Both the position numbers and the translations under genes were made by a program. Shown piece by piece: positions 49,101 through 64,000 of a stretch of 64,000 nt of DNA. Under the pieces are notes generated by a model, which saw only the letters and a program-made list of their open reading frames with translations, searched no databases and had not been told where the DNA came from. This stretch comes from Eledone cirrhosa (taxonomy: Eukaryota). The DNA is taken from NCBI GenBank assembly GCA_964016885.1, contig OZ024740.1, positions 429,288,001 through 429,352,000 on the forward strand, written 5' to 3'. Position 1 is the stretch's first letter, and every line of letters starts with the position of its first letter.

Positions 49101-52100
49101 TGTAACTTCCTAACACTAATATGTCAGTCATTGATTTAAATGTTAGTTGTAACTTCCCAACACTAATATGTCAGTCATTGATTTAACTTTTGTAACTTCC
49201 TAACACTAACATGTCAGTCATTGATTTAACTGTTAGTTGTAACTTCCTAACACTAATATGTCAGTCATTGATTTAACTGTTGTAACTTCCTAACACTAAT
49301 ATGTCAGTCATTGATTTAACTGTTAGTTCTAACTTCCTAACACTAATATGTCAGCCATTGATTTAACTGTTAGTTCTAACTTCCTAACACTAATATGTCA
49401 GTCATTGATTTAACTGTTAGTTGTAACTTCCTAACACTAATATGTCAGTCATTGATTTAACTGTTAGTTGTAACTTCCTAACACTAATATGTCAGTCATT
49501 GATTTAACTGTTAGTTCTAACTTCCTAACACTAATATGTCAGTCATTGATTTAACTCTTAGTTCTAACTTCCTAACACTAAAATGTCAGCCATTGATTTA
49601 ACTGTTAGTTCTAACTTCCTAACACTAATGTGTCAGTCATTGATTTAACTGTTAGTTCTAACTTCCTAACACTAATATGTCAGTCATTGATTTAACTGTT
49701 AGTTCTAACTTCCTAACACTAATATGTCAGCCATTGATTTAACTGTTAGTTGTAACTTCCTAACACTAATATGTCAGCCATTGATTTAACTGTTAGTTGT
49801 AACTTCCCAACACTAATATGTCAGTCATTGATTTAACTTTTGTAACTTCCTAACACTAATATGTCAGTCATTGATTTAACTGTTAGTTGTAACTTCCTAA
49901 CACTAATATGTCAGTCATTGATTTAACTGTTGTAACTTCCTAACACTAATATGTCAGTCATTGATTTAACTGTTAGTTCTAACTTCCTAACACTAATATG
50001 TCAGCCATTGATTTAACTGTTAGTTCTAACTTCCTAACACTAATATGTCAGTCATTGATTTGACTGTTAGTTGTAACTTCCTAACACTAATATGTCAGTT
50101 ATTGATTTAACTGTTAGTTGTAACTTCCTAACACTAATATGTCAGTCATTAATTTAACTGTTAGTTGTAACTTCCCAACACTAATATGTCAGTCAATGAT
50201 TTAACTTTTGTAACTTCCTAACACTAATATGTCAGTCATTGATTTAACTGTTAGTTGTAACTTCCTAACACTAATATGTCAGTCATTGATTTAACTGTTA
50301 ATTGTAACTTGCTAACACTAATATGTCAGTCATTCATTTAACTGTTGGTTGTAACTTCCTAACACTAATATGTCAGTCATTGATTTAACTGTTAGTTGTA
50401 ACTTCCTAACACTAATATGTCAGTCATTGATTTAACTGTTAGTTCTAACTTCCTAACACTAATATGTCAGTCATTGATTTAACTGTTAGTTGTAACTTCC
50501 TAACACTAATATGTCAGTCATTGATTTAACTGTTAGTTCTAACTTCCTAACACTAATATGTCAGTCATTGATTTAACTGTTAGTTCTAACTTCCCAACAC
50601 TAATATGTCAGTCATTGATTTAACTGTTAGTTGTAACTTCCTAAAACTAATATGTCAGTCATTGATTTAACTGTTAGTTGTAACTTCCTAACACTAATAT
50701 GTCAGTCATTGATTTAACTGTTAGTTCTAACTTCCTCACACTAATATGTCAGTCATTGATTCAACTGTTAGTTCTAACTTCCTAACACTAATATGTCAGT
50801 CATTGATTTAACTGTTAGTTGTAACTTCCTAACACTAATATGTCAGTCATTGATTTAACTGTTAGTTCTAACTTCCTAACACTAATATGTCAGTCATTGA
50901 TTTAACTGTTAGTTGTAACTTCCTAACACTAATATGTCAGTCATTGATTTAACTGTTAGTTGTAACTTCCTAACACTAATATGTCAGCCATTGATTTAAC
51001 TGTTAGTTCTAACTTCCTAACACTAATATGTCAGTCATTGATTTAACTGTTAGTTGTAACTTCCTAACACTAATATGTCAGTCATTGATTTAACTGTTAG
51101 TTGTAACTTCCTAACACTAATATGTCAGTCATTGATTTAACTGTTAGTTCTAACTTCCTAACACTAATATGTCAGTCATTGATTTAACTGTTAGTTGTAA
51201 CTTCCTAACACTAATATGTCAGTCATTGATTTAACTGTTAGATGTAACTACCTAACACTAATATGTCAGCCATTGATTTAACTGTTAGTTGTAACTTCCT
51301 AACACTAATATGTCAGCCATTGATTTAACTGTTAGTTGTAACTTCCTAACACTAATATGTCAGTCATTGATTTAACTGTTAGTTCTAACTTCGTAACACT
51401 AATATGTCAGTCATTGATTTAACTGTTAGTTGTAACTTCCTAACACTAATATGTCAGTCATTGATTTAACTGTTAGTTCCAACTTCCTAACACTAATATG
51501 TCAGTCATTGATTTAACTGTTAGTTGTAACTTCCTAACACTAATATGTCAGTCATTGATTTAACTGTTAGGTCTAACTTCCTAACACTAATATGTCAGTC
51601 ATTGATTTAACTATTAGTTCTAACTTCCTAACACTAATATGTCAGTCATTGATTTAACTGTTAGTTCTAACTTCCTAACACTAATATGTCAGCCATTGAT
51701 TTAACTGTTAGTTCTAACTTCCTGACACTAATATGTCAGTCATTGATTTAACTGTTAGTTCTAACTTCCTAACACTAATATGTCAGTCATTGATTTAACT
51801 GTTAGTTCTAACTTCCTAACACTAAAAATGTCAGCCATTGATTTAACTGTTAGTTGTAACTTCCTAACACTAATATGTCAGCCATTGATTTAACTTTTGT
51901 AACTTCCTAACACTAATATGTCAGTCATTGATTTAACTGTTAGTTGTAACTTCCTAACACTAATATGTCAGTCATTGATTTAACTGTTGTAACTTCCTAA
52001 CACTATTATGTCAGTCATTGATTTAACTGTTAGTTCTAACTTCCTAACACTAATATGTCAGCCATTGATTTAACTGTTAGTTCTAACTTCCTAACACTAA

Positions 52101-55100
52101 TATGTCAGTCATTGATTTAACTGTTAGTTGTAACTTCCTAACACTAATATGTCAGTCATTGATTTAACTGTTAGTTGTAACTTCCTAACACTAATATGTC
52201 AGTCATTGATTTAACTGTTAGTTGTAACTTCCTAACACTAATATGTCAGTCATTGATTTAACTGTTAGTTGTAACTTCCTAACACTAATATGTCAGTCAT
52301 TGATTTAACTGTTAGTTCTAACTTCCTCACACTAATATGTCAGTCATTGATTTAACTGTTAGTTCTAACTTCCTTACACTAATATGTCAGTCATTGATTT
52401 AACTGTTAGTTCTAACTTCCTAACACTAATATGTCAGCCATTGATTTAACTGTTAGTTCTAACTTCCTAACACTAATATGTCAGTCATTGATTTAACTGT
52501 TAGTTCTAACTTCCAACACTAATATGTCAGTCATTGATTTAACTGTTAGTTCTAACTTCCTAACACTAGTATGTCAGCCATTGATTTAACTGTTAGTTGT
52601 AACTTCCTAACACTAATATGTCAGCCATTGATTTAACTGTTAGTTGTAACTTCCCAACACTAATATGTCAGTCATTGATTTAACTTTTGTAACTTCCTAA
52701 CACTAATATGTCAGTCATTGATTTAACTGTTAGTTGTAACTTCCTAACACTAATATGTCAGTCATTGATTTAACTGTTAGTTCTAACTTCCTAACACTAA
52801 TATGTCAGTCATTGATTTAACTGTTAGTTGTAACTTCTCAACACTAATATGTCAGTCATTGATTTAACTTTTGTAACTTCCTAACACTAATATGTCAGTC
52901 ATTGATTTAACTGTTAGTTGTAACTTCCTAACACTAATATGTGAGTCATTGATTTCACTGTTAGATCTAACTTCCTAACACTAATATGTCAGTCATTGAT
53001 TTAACTGTTAGATGTAACTACCTAACACTAATATATCAGCCATTGATTTAACTGTTAGTTGTAACTTCCTAACACTAATATGCCAGTCATTGATTTAACT
53101 GTTAGTTGTAACTTCCTAACACTAGTATGTCAGTCATTGATTTAACTGTTAGTTGTAACTTCCTAACACTAATATGTCAGTCATTGATTTAACTGTTAGT
53201 TGTAACTTCCTAACACTAATATGTCAGTCATTGATTTAACTGTTAGTTCCAACTTCCTAACACTAATATGTCAGTCATTGATTTAACTGTTAGTTGTAAC
53301 TTCCTAACACTAATATGTCAGTCATTGATTTAACTGTTAGTTCTAACTTCCTAACACTAATATGTCAGTCATTGATTTAACTGTTAGTTCTAACTTCCTA
53401 ACACTAATATGTCAGTCATTGATTTAACTGTTAGTTCTAACTTCCTAACACTAATATGTCAGCCATTGATTTAACTGTTAGTTCTAACTTCCTAACACTA
53501 ATGTGTCAGTCATTGATTTAACTGTTAGTTCTAACTTCCTAACACTAATATGTCAGTCATTGATTTAACTGTTAGTTCTAACTTCCTAACACTAATATGT
53601 CAGCCATTGATTTAACTGTTAGTTGTAACTTCCTAACACTAATATGTCAGCCATTGATTTAACTGTTAGTTGTAACTTCCCAACACTAATATGTCAGTCA
53701 TTGATTTAACTTTTGTAACTTCCTAACACTAATATGTCAGTCATTGATTTAACTGTTAGTTGTAACTTCCTAACACTAATATGTCAGTCATTGATTTAAC
53801 TGTTGTAACTTCCTAACACTAATATGTCAGTCATTGATTTAACTGTTAGTTCTAACTTCCTAACACTAATATGTCAGCCATTGATTTAACTGTTAGTTCT
53901 AACTTCCTAACACTAATATGTCAGTCATTGATTTAACTGTTAGTTGTAACTTCCTAACACTAATATGTCAGTCATTGATTTAACTGTTACTTGTAACTTC
54001 CTAACACTAATATGTCAGTCATTGATTTAACTGTTAGTTCCAACTTCCTAACACTAATATGTCAGTCATTGATTTAACTGTTAGTTGTAACTTCCTAACA
54101 CTAATATGTCAGTCATTGATTTAACTGTTAGTTCTAACTTCCTCACACTAATATGTCAGTCATTGATTTAACTGTTAGTTGTAACTTCCTAACACTAATA
54201 TGTCAGTCATTGATTTAACTGTTAGTTGTAACTTCCTAACACTAATATGTCAATCATTGATTTAACTGTTAGTTCTAACTTCCTAACTCTAATATGTCAG
54301 TCATTGATTTACCTGTTAGTTGTAACTTCCTAACACTAATATGTCAGTCATTGATTTAACTGTTAGTTGTAACTTCCTAACACTAATATGTCAGTCATTG
54401 ATTTAACTGTTAGTTGTAACTTCCTAACACTAATATGTCAGTCATTGATTTAACTGTTAGTTGTAACTTCCTAACACTAATATGTCAGTCATTGATTAAA
54501 CTGTTAGTTGTAACTTCCTAACACTAATATGTCAGTCATTGATTTAACTGTTAGTTGTAACTTCCTAACACTAATATGTCAGTCATTGATTTAACTGTTA
54601 GTTCTAACTTCCTAACACTAATATGTCAGTCATTGATTTAACTGTTAGTTGCAACTTCCTAACACTAATATGTCAGTCATTGATTTAACTGTTAGTTCTA
54701 ACTTCCTAACACTAATATATCAGCCATTGATTTAACTGTTAGTTCTAACTTCCTAACACTAATATGTCAGTCATTGATTTAACTGTTAGTTCTAACTTCC
54801 TAACACTAATATGTCAGTCATTGATTTAACTGTTAGTTCTAACTTCCTAACACTAATATGTCAGCCATTTATTTAACTGTTAGTTGTAACTTCCTAACAC
54901 TAATATGTCAGTCATTGATTTAAATGTTAGTTGTAACTTCCCAACACTAATATGTCAGTCATTGATTTAACTTTTGTAACTTCCTAACACTAACATGTCA
55001 GTCATTGATTTAACTGTTAGTTGTAACTTCCTAACACTAATATGTCAGTCATTGATTTAACTGTTGTAACTTCCTAACACTAATATGTCAGTCATTGATT

Positions 55101-58100
55101 TAACTGTTAGTTCTAACTTCCTAACACTAATATGTCAGCCATTGATTTAACTGTTAGTTCTAACTTCCTAACACTAATATGTCAGTCATTGATTTAACTG
55201 TTAGTTGTAACTTCCTAACACTAATATGTCAGTCATTGATTTAACTGTTAGTTGTAACTTCCTAACACTAATATGTCAGTCATTGATTTAACTGTTAGTT
55301 CTAACTTCCTAACACTAATATGTCAGTCATTGTTTTAACTCTTAGTTCTAACTTCCTAACACTAAAATGTCAGCCATTGATTTAACTGTTAGTTCTAACT
55401 TCCTAACACTAATGTGTCAGTCATTGATTTAACTGTTAGTTCTAACTTCCTAACACTAATATGTCAGTCATTGATTTAACTGTTAGTTCTAACTTCCTAA
55501 CACTAATATGTCAGCCATTGATTTAACTGTTAGTTGTAACTTCCTAACACTAATATGTCAGCCATTGATTTAACTGTTAGTTGTAACTTCCCAACACTAA
55601 TATGTCAGTCATTGATTTAACTTTTGTAACTTCCTAACACTAATATGTCAGTCATTGATTTAACTGTTAGTTGTAACTTCCTAACACTAATATGTCAGTC
55701 ATTGATTTAACTGTTGTAACTTCCTAACACTAATATGTCAGTCATTGATTTAACTGTTAGTTCTAACTTCCTAACACTAATATGTCAGCCATTGATTTAA
55801 CTGTTAGTTCTAACTTCCTAACACTAATATGTCAGTCATTGATTTGACTGTTAGTTGTAACTTCCTAACACTAATATGTCAGTTATTGATTTAACTGTTA
55901 GTTGTAACTTCCTAACACTAATATGTCAGTCATTAATTTAACTGTTAGTTGTAACTTCCTAACACTAATATGTCAGTCATTGATTTAACTGTTAGTTGTA
56001 ACTTCCTAACACTAATATGTCAGTCATTGATTTAACTGTTAGTTCTAACTTCCTAACACTAATATGTCAGTCATTGATTTAACTGTTAGTTGTAACTTCC
56101 TAACACTAATATGTCAGTCATTGATTTAACTGTTAGTTCCAACTTCCTAACACTAATATGTCAGTCATTGATTTAACTGTTAGTTGTAACTTCCTAACAC
56201 TAATATGTCAGTCATTGATTTAACTGTTAGTTCTAACTTCCTCACACTAATATGTCAGTCATTGATTTAACTGTTAGTTCTAACTTCCTAACACTAATAT
56301 GTCAGTCATTGATTTAACTGTTAGTTCTAACTTCCTAACACTAATATGTCAGCCATTGATTTAACTGTTAGTTCTAAATTCCTAACACTAATATGTCAGT
56401 CATTGATTTAACTGTTAGTTGTAACTTCCTAACACTAATATGTCAGCCATTGATTTAACTGTTAGTCGTAACTTCCCAACACTAATATGTCAGTCATTGA
56501 TTTAACTTTTGTAACTTCCTAACACTAATATGTCAGTCATTGATTTAACTGTTAGTTGTAACTTCCTAACACTAATATGTCAATCATTGATTTAACTGTT
56601 AGTTCTAACTTCCTAACTCTAATATGTCAGTCTATGATTTAACTGTAAGTTGTAACTTCCTAACACTAATATGTCAGTCATTGATTTAACTGTTAGTTGT
56701 AACTTACTAACACTAATATGTCAGTCATTGATTTAACTGTTAGTTGTAACTTCCTAACACTAATATGTCAGTCATTGATTTAACTGTTAGTTGTAACTTT
56801 CTAACACTAATATGTCAGTCATTGATTAAACTGTTAGTTGTAACTTCCTAACACTAATATGTCAGTCATTGATTTAACTGTTAGTTGTAACTTCCTAACA
56901 CTAATATGTCAGTCATTGATTTAACTGTTAGTTGTAACTTCCTAACACTAATATGTCAGTCATTGATTTAACTGTTAGTTCTAACTTCCTAACACTAATA
57001 TATCAGCCATTGATTTAACTGTTAGTTCTAACTTCCTAACACTAATATGTCAGTCATTGATTTAACTGTTAGTTCTAACTTCCTAACACTAATATGTCAG
57101 TCATTGATTTAACTGTTAGTTCTAACTTCCTAACACTAATATGTCAGTCATTGATTTAAATGTTAGTTGTAACTTCCCAACACTAATACGTCAGTCATTG
57201 ATTTAACTTTTGTAACTTCCTAACACTAACATGTCAGTCATTGATTTAACTGTTAATTGTAACTTCCTAACACTAATATGTCAGTCATTGATTTAACTGT
57301 TGTAACTTCCTAACACTAATATGTCAGTCATTGATTTAACTGTTAGTTCTAACTTCCTAACACTAATATGTCAGCCATTGATTTAACTGTTAGTTCTAAC
57401 TTCCTAACACTAATATGTCAGTCATTGATTTAACTGTTAGTTGTAACTTCCTAACACTAATATGTCAGTCATTGATTTAACTGTTAGTTGTAACTTCCTA
57501 ACACTAATATGTCAGTCATTGATTTAACTGTTAGTTGTAACTTCCTAACACTAATATGTCAGTCATTGATTTAACTGTTAGTTCTAACTTCCTAACACTA
57601 ATATGTCAGTCATTGATTTAACTGTTAGTTGTAACTTCCTAACACTAATATGTCAGTCATTGATTTAACTGTTGTAACTTCCTAACACTAATATGTCAGT
57701 CATTGATTTAACTGTTAGTTCTAACTTCCTAACACTAATATGTCAGCCATTGATTTAACTGTTAGTTCTAACTTCCTAACACTAATATGTCAGTCATTGA
57801 TTTAACTGTTAGTTGTAACTTCCTAACACTAATATGTCAGTCATTGATTTAACTGTTAGTTGTAACTTCCTAACACTAATATGTCAGTCATTGATTTAAC
57901 TGTTAGTTGTAACTTCCTAACACTAATATGTCAATCATTGATTTAACTGTTAGTTCTAACTTCCTAACTCTAATATGTCAGTCATTGATTAAACTGTTAG
58001 TTGTAACTTCCTAACACTAATATGTCAGTCATTGATTTAACTGTTAGTTGTAACTTCCTAACACTAATATGTCAGTCATTGATTTAACTGTTAGTTCTAA

Positions 58101-61100
58101 CTTCCTAACACTAATATGTCAGTCATTGATTTAACTGTTAGTTGTAACTTCCTAACACTAATATATCAGTCATTGATTTAACTGTTAGTTCTAACTTCCT
58201 AACACTAATATATCAGCCATTGATTTAACTGTTAGTTCTAACTTCCTAACACTTATATGTCAGTCATTGATTTAACTGTTAGTTCTAACTTCCTAACACT
58301 AATATGTCAGTCATTGATTTAACTGTTAGTTCTAACTTCCTAACACTAATATGTCAGTCATTGATTTAAACGTTAGTTGTAACTCCCCAACACTAATATG
58401 TCAGTCATTGATTTAAATTTTGTAACTTCCTAACACTAACATGTCAGTCATTGATTTAACTGTTAGTTGTAACTTCCTAACACTAATATGTCAGTCATTG
58501 ATTTAACTGTTGTAACTTCCTAACACTAATATGTCAGTCATTGATTTAACTGTTAGTTCTAACTTCCTAACACTAATATGTCAGCCATTGATTTAACTGT
58601 TAGTTCTAACTTCCTAACACTAATATGTCAGTCATTGATTTAACTGTTAGTTGTAACTTCCTAACACTAATATGTCAGTCATTGATTTAACTGTTAGTTG
58701 TAACTTCCTAACACTAATATGTCAGTCATTGATTTAACTGTTAGTTGTAACTTCCTAACACTAATATGTCAGTCATTGATTTAACTGTTAGTTGTAACTT
58801 CCTAACACTAATATGTCAGTCATTGATTTAACTGTTAGTTGTAACTTCCTAACACTAATATGTCAGTCATTGATTTAACTGTTAGTTGTAACATCCTAAC
58901 ACTAATATATCAGTCATTGATTTAACTGTTAGTTCCAACTTCCTAACACTAATATGTCAGTCATTGATTTAACTGTGTGTTGTAACTTCCTAACACTAAT
59001 ATGTCAGCCATTGATTTAACTGTTAGTTCTAACTTCCTAACACTAATATGTCAGCCATTGATTTAACTGTTAGTTGTAACTTCCCAACACTAATATGTCA
59101 GTCATTGATTTAACTTTTGTAACTTCCTAACACTAATATGTCAGTCATTGATTTAACTGTTAGTTGTAACTTCCTAACACTAATATGTCAGTCATTGATT
59201 TAACTGTTAGTTCTAACTTCCTAACACTAATATGTCAGCCATTGATTTAACTGTTAGTTGTAACTTCCAACACTAATATGTCAGCCATTGATTTAATTGT
59301 TAGTTGTAACTTCCCAACACTAATATGTCAGTCATTGATTTAACTGTTAGTTCTAACTTCCTAACACTAATATGTCAGCCATTGATTTAACTGTTAGTTG
59401 TAACTTCCTAACACTAATATGTCAGCCATTGATTTAACTGTTAGTTGTAACTTTCCAACACTAATATGTCAGTCATTGATTTAACTTTTGTAACTTCCTA
59501 ACACTAATATGTCAGTCATTGATTTAACTGTTAGTTGTAACTTCCTAACACTAATATGTCAGTCATTGATTTAACTGTTAGTTGTAACATCCTAACACTA
59601 ATATGTCAGTCATTGATTTAACTGTTAGTTGTAACTTCCTAACACTAATATGTCAGTCATTGATTTAACTGTTAGTTGTAACTTCCTAACACTAATATGT
59701 CAGTCATTGTTTTATCTGTTAGTTCTAACTTCCTCACACTAATATGTCAGTCATTGATTTAACTGTTAGATCTAACTTCCTAACACTAATATGTCAGTCA
59801 TTCATTTAACTGTTAGTTCTAACTTCCTAACACTAATATGTCAGCCATTGATTTAACTGTTAGTTCTAACTTCCTGACACTAATATGTCAGTCATTGATT
59901 TAACAGTTAGTTCTAACTTCCTAACACTAATATGTCAGTCATTGATTTAACTGTTAGTTCTAACTTCCTAACACTAATATGTCAGCCATTGATTCAACTG
60001 TTAGTTGTAACTTCCTAACACTAATATGTCAGTCGTTGATTTAACTGTTAGTTGTAACTTCCCAACACTAATATGTCAGTCATTGATTTAACTTTTGTAA
60101 CTTCCTAACACTAATATGTCAGTCATTGATTTAACTGTTAGTTGTAACTTCCTAACACTAATATGTCAGTCATTGATTTAACTGTTGTAACTTCCTAACA
60201 CTAATACGTCAGTCATTGATTTAACTGTTAGTTCTAACTTCCTAACACTAATATGTCAGCCATTGATTTAACTGTTAGTTCTAACTTCCTAACACTAATA
60301 TGTCAGTCATTGATTTAACTGTTAGTTGTAACTTCCTAACACTAATATGTCAGTCATTGATTTAACTGTTGTAACTTCCTAACACTAATATGTCAGTCAT
60401 TGATTTAACTGTTAGTTCTAACTTCCTAACACTAATATGTCAGCCATTGATTTAACTGTTAGTTCTAACTTCCTAACACTAATATGTCAGTCATTGATTT
60501 AACTGTTAGTTGTAACTTCCTAACACTAATATGTCAGTCATTGATTTAACTGTTAGTTGTAACTTCCTAACACTAATATGTCAGTCATTGATTTAACTGT
60601 TAGTTGTAGCTTCCTAACACTAATATGTCAGTCATTGATTTAACTGTTAGTTGTAACTTCCTAACACTAATATGTCAGTCATTGATTTAACTGTTAGTTC
60701 TAACTTCCTAACACTAATATGTCAGTCATTGATTTAACTGTTAGTTGTAACATCCTAACACTAATATGTCAGTCATTGATTTAACTGTTAGTTCCAACTT
60801 CCTAACACTAATATGTCAGTCATTGATTTAACTGTGTGTTGTAACTTCCTAACACTAATATGTCAGCCATTGATTTAACTGTTAGTTCTAACTTCCTAAC
60901 ACTAATATGTCAGCCATTGATTTAACTGTTAGTTGTAACTTCCCAACACTAATATGTCAGTCATTGATTTAACTTTCGTAACTTCCTAACACTAATATGT
61001 CAGTCATTGATTTAATGTTAGTTGTAACTTCCTAACACTAATATGTCAGTCATTGATTTAACTGTTAGTTCTAACTTCCTAACACTAATATGTCAGCCAT

Positions 61101-64000
61101 TGATTTAACTGTTAGTTGTAACTTCCTAACACTAATATGTCAGCCATTGATTTAACTGTTAGTTGTAACTTCCCAACACTAATATGTCAGTCATTGATTT
61201 AACTGTTTGTTGTAACTTCCTAACACTATTATGTCAGTCATTGATTTAACTGTTAGTTCTAACTTCCTAACACTAATATGTCAGTCATTGATTTAACTGT
61301 TAGTTCTAACTTCCTAACACTAATATGTCAGCCATTGATTTAACTGTTAGTTGTAACTTCCTAACACTAATATGTCAGCCATTGATTTAACTGTTAGTTG
61401 TAACTTTCCAACACTAATATGTCAGTCATTGATTTTACTTTTGTAACTTCCTAACACTAATATGTCAGTCATTGATTTAATTGTTAGTTGTAACTTCCTA
61501 ACACTAATATGTCAGTCATTGATTTAACTGTTAGTTCTAACTTCCTAACACTAATATGTCAGTCATTGATTTAACTGTTAGTTGTAACTTCCTAACACTA
61601 ATATGTCAGTCATTGATTTAACTGTTAGTTGTAACATCCTAACACTAATATGTCAGTCATTGATTTAACTGTTAGTTGTAACTTCCTAACACTAATATGT
61701 CAGTCATTGATTTAACTGTTAGTTGTAACATCCTAACACTAATATGTCAGTCATTGATTTAACTGTTAGTTGTAACTTCCTAACAGTAATATGTCAGTCA
61801 TTGATTTAACTGTTAGTTCTAACTTCCTAACACTAATATGTCAGTCATTGATTTAACTGTTAGTTCTAACTTCCTAACACTAATATGTCAGTCATTGATT
61901 TAACTGTTAGTTGTAACTTCCTAACACTAATATGTCAGTCATTGTTTTATCTGTTAGTTCTAACTTCCTCACACTAATATGTCAGTCATTGATTTAACTG
62001 TTAGATCTAACTTCCTAACACTAATATGTCAGTCATTCATTTAACTGTTAGTTCTAACTTCATAACACTAATATGTCAGCCATTGATTTAACTGTTAGTT
62101 CTAACTTCCTGACACTAATATGTCAGTCATTGATTTAACTGTTAGTTCTAACTTCCTAACACTAATATGTCAGCCATTGATTCAACTGTTAGTTGTAACT
62201 TCCTAACACTAATATGTCAGCCGTTGATTTAACTGTTAGTTGTAACTTCCCAACACTAATATGTCAGTCATTGATTTAACTTTTGTAACTTCCTAACACT
62301 AATATGTCAGTCATTGATTTAACTGTTAGTTGTAACTTCCTAACACTAATATGTCAGTCATTGATTTAACTGTTGTAACTTCCTAACACTAATACGTCAG
62401 TCATTGATTTAACTGTTAGTTCTAACTTCCTAACACTAATATGTCAGCCATTGATTTAACTGTTAGTTCTAACTTCCTAACACTAATATGTCAGTCATTG
62501 ATTTAACTGTTAGTTGTAACTTCCTAACACTAATATGTCAGTCATTGATTTAACTGTTAGTTCTAACTTCCTAACACTAATATGTCAGTCATTGATTTAA
62601 CTGTTAGTTCTAACTTCCTAACACTAATATGTCAGTCATTGATTTAACTGTTAGTTGTAACTTCCTAACACTAATATGTCAGTCATTGATTTAACTGTTA
62701 GTTGTAACTTCCTAACACTAATATGTCAGTCATTGATTTAACTGTTAGTTCTACCTTCCTAACACTAATATGTCAGTCATTGATTTAACTGTTAGTACTA
62801 ACTTCCTAACACTAATATGTCAGTCATTGATTTAACTGTTAGTTGTAACTTCCTAACACTAATATGTCAGTCATTGATTTAACTGTTAGTTCCAACTTCC
62901 TAACACTAATATGTCAGTCATTGATTTAACTGTTAGTTGTAACTTCCTAACACTAATATGTCAGTCATTGATTTAACTGTTAGTTCTAACTTCCTCACAC
63001 TAATATGTCAGTCATTGATTTAACTGTTAGTTCTAACTTCCTAACACTAATATGTCAGTCATTGATTTAACTGTTAGTTCTAACTTCCTAACACTAATAT
63101 GTCAGCCATTGATTTAACTGTTAGTTCTAACTTCCTAACACTAATATGTCAGTCATTGATTTAACTGTTAGTTCTAACTTCCAACACTAATATGTCAGTC
63201 ATTGATTTAACTGTTAGTTCTAACTTCCTAACACTAATATGTCAGCCATTGATTTAACTGTTAGTTGTAACTTCCTAACACTAATATGTCAGCCATTGAT
63301 TTAACTGTTAGTTGTAACTTCCCAACACTAATATGTCAGTCATTGATTTAACTGTTAGTTGTAACTTCCTAACACTAATATGTCAGTCATTGATTTAACT
63401 GTTAGTTCCAACTTCCTAACGCTAATATGTCAGTCATTGATTTAACTGTTAGTTGTAACTTCCTAACACTAATATGTCAGTCATTGATTTAACTGTTAGT
63501 TCTAACTTCCTAACACTAATACGTCAGTCATTGATTTAACTGTTAATTCTATCTTCCTAACACTAATATGTCAGTCATTGATTTAACTGTTAGTTCTAAC
63601 TTCCTAACACTAATATGTCAGCCATTGATTTAACTGTTAGTTCTAACTTCCTAACACTAATATGTCAGTCATTGATATAACTGTTAATTCTAACTTCCTA
63701 ACACTAATATGTCAGTCATTGATTTAACTGTTAGTTCTAACTTCCTAACACTAATATGTCAGCCATTGATTTAACTGTTAGTTGTAACTTCCTAACACTA
63801 ATATGTCAGCCATTGATTTAACTGTTAGTTGTAACTTCCCAAAACTAATATGTCAGTCATTGATTTAACTGTTAGTTGTAACTTCCTAACACTAATATGT
63901 CAGTCATTGATTTAACTGTTAGTTGTAACTTCCTAACACTAATATGTCAGTCATTGATTTAACTGTTGTAACTTTCTAACCATAATATGTCAGTCATTGA
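37185..64000. repeat. 47-bp satellite array, ~570 monomers, running off the window end (GTTAGTT[G/C]TAACTTCCTAACACTAATATGTCAG[T/C]CATTGATTTAACT)
   Basis: Continuous tandem repeat with recurrent 43-bp deletion variants. No ORFs and no inserted elements were seen. Confidence 0.99.

Noticed and set aside
37185-64000. Telomeric (TTAGG/CCTAA) origin of the satellite
   Set aside because: Only one CCTAA per monomer and never tandem.

Overview
AT-rich, repeat-dominated eukaryotic DNA. The (TA)n microsatellite density and SINE families fit a mollusc, probably a cephalopod (inference). No intact host gene is visible and nearly all long ORFs are artefacts of simple repeats. Positions 1-37 kb are a mosaic of decayed mobile elements: an RTE-like LINE 3' end from which a 55-bp minisatellite has expanded, a hAT-like transposase remnant and MITE, two tRNA-derived SINE families, Penelope-like element (PLE) RT and GIY-YIG fragments, a Tx1/L1-like LINE and an R4/Dong-like RT fragment. 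Positions 37.2-64 kb are one 47-bp satellite array with multi-kb higher-order duplications. The main signal is a dense set of about 15 hand-folded Type I hammerhead ribozyme (HHR) motifs between 9.9 and 35 kb. Most have short palindromic stem III and several sit in fold-back palindromes inserted in (TA)n. Two unrelated families use the compensatory U3-A8 core, and one tandem pair would release a 595-nt retrozyme-like RNA monomer. All folds and homologies were read by eye and none was computed.
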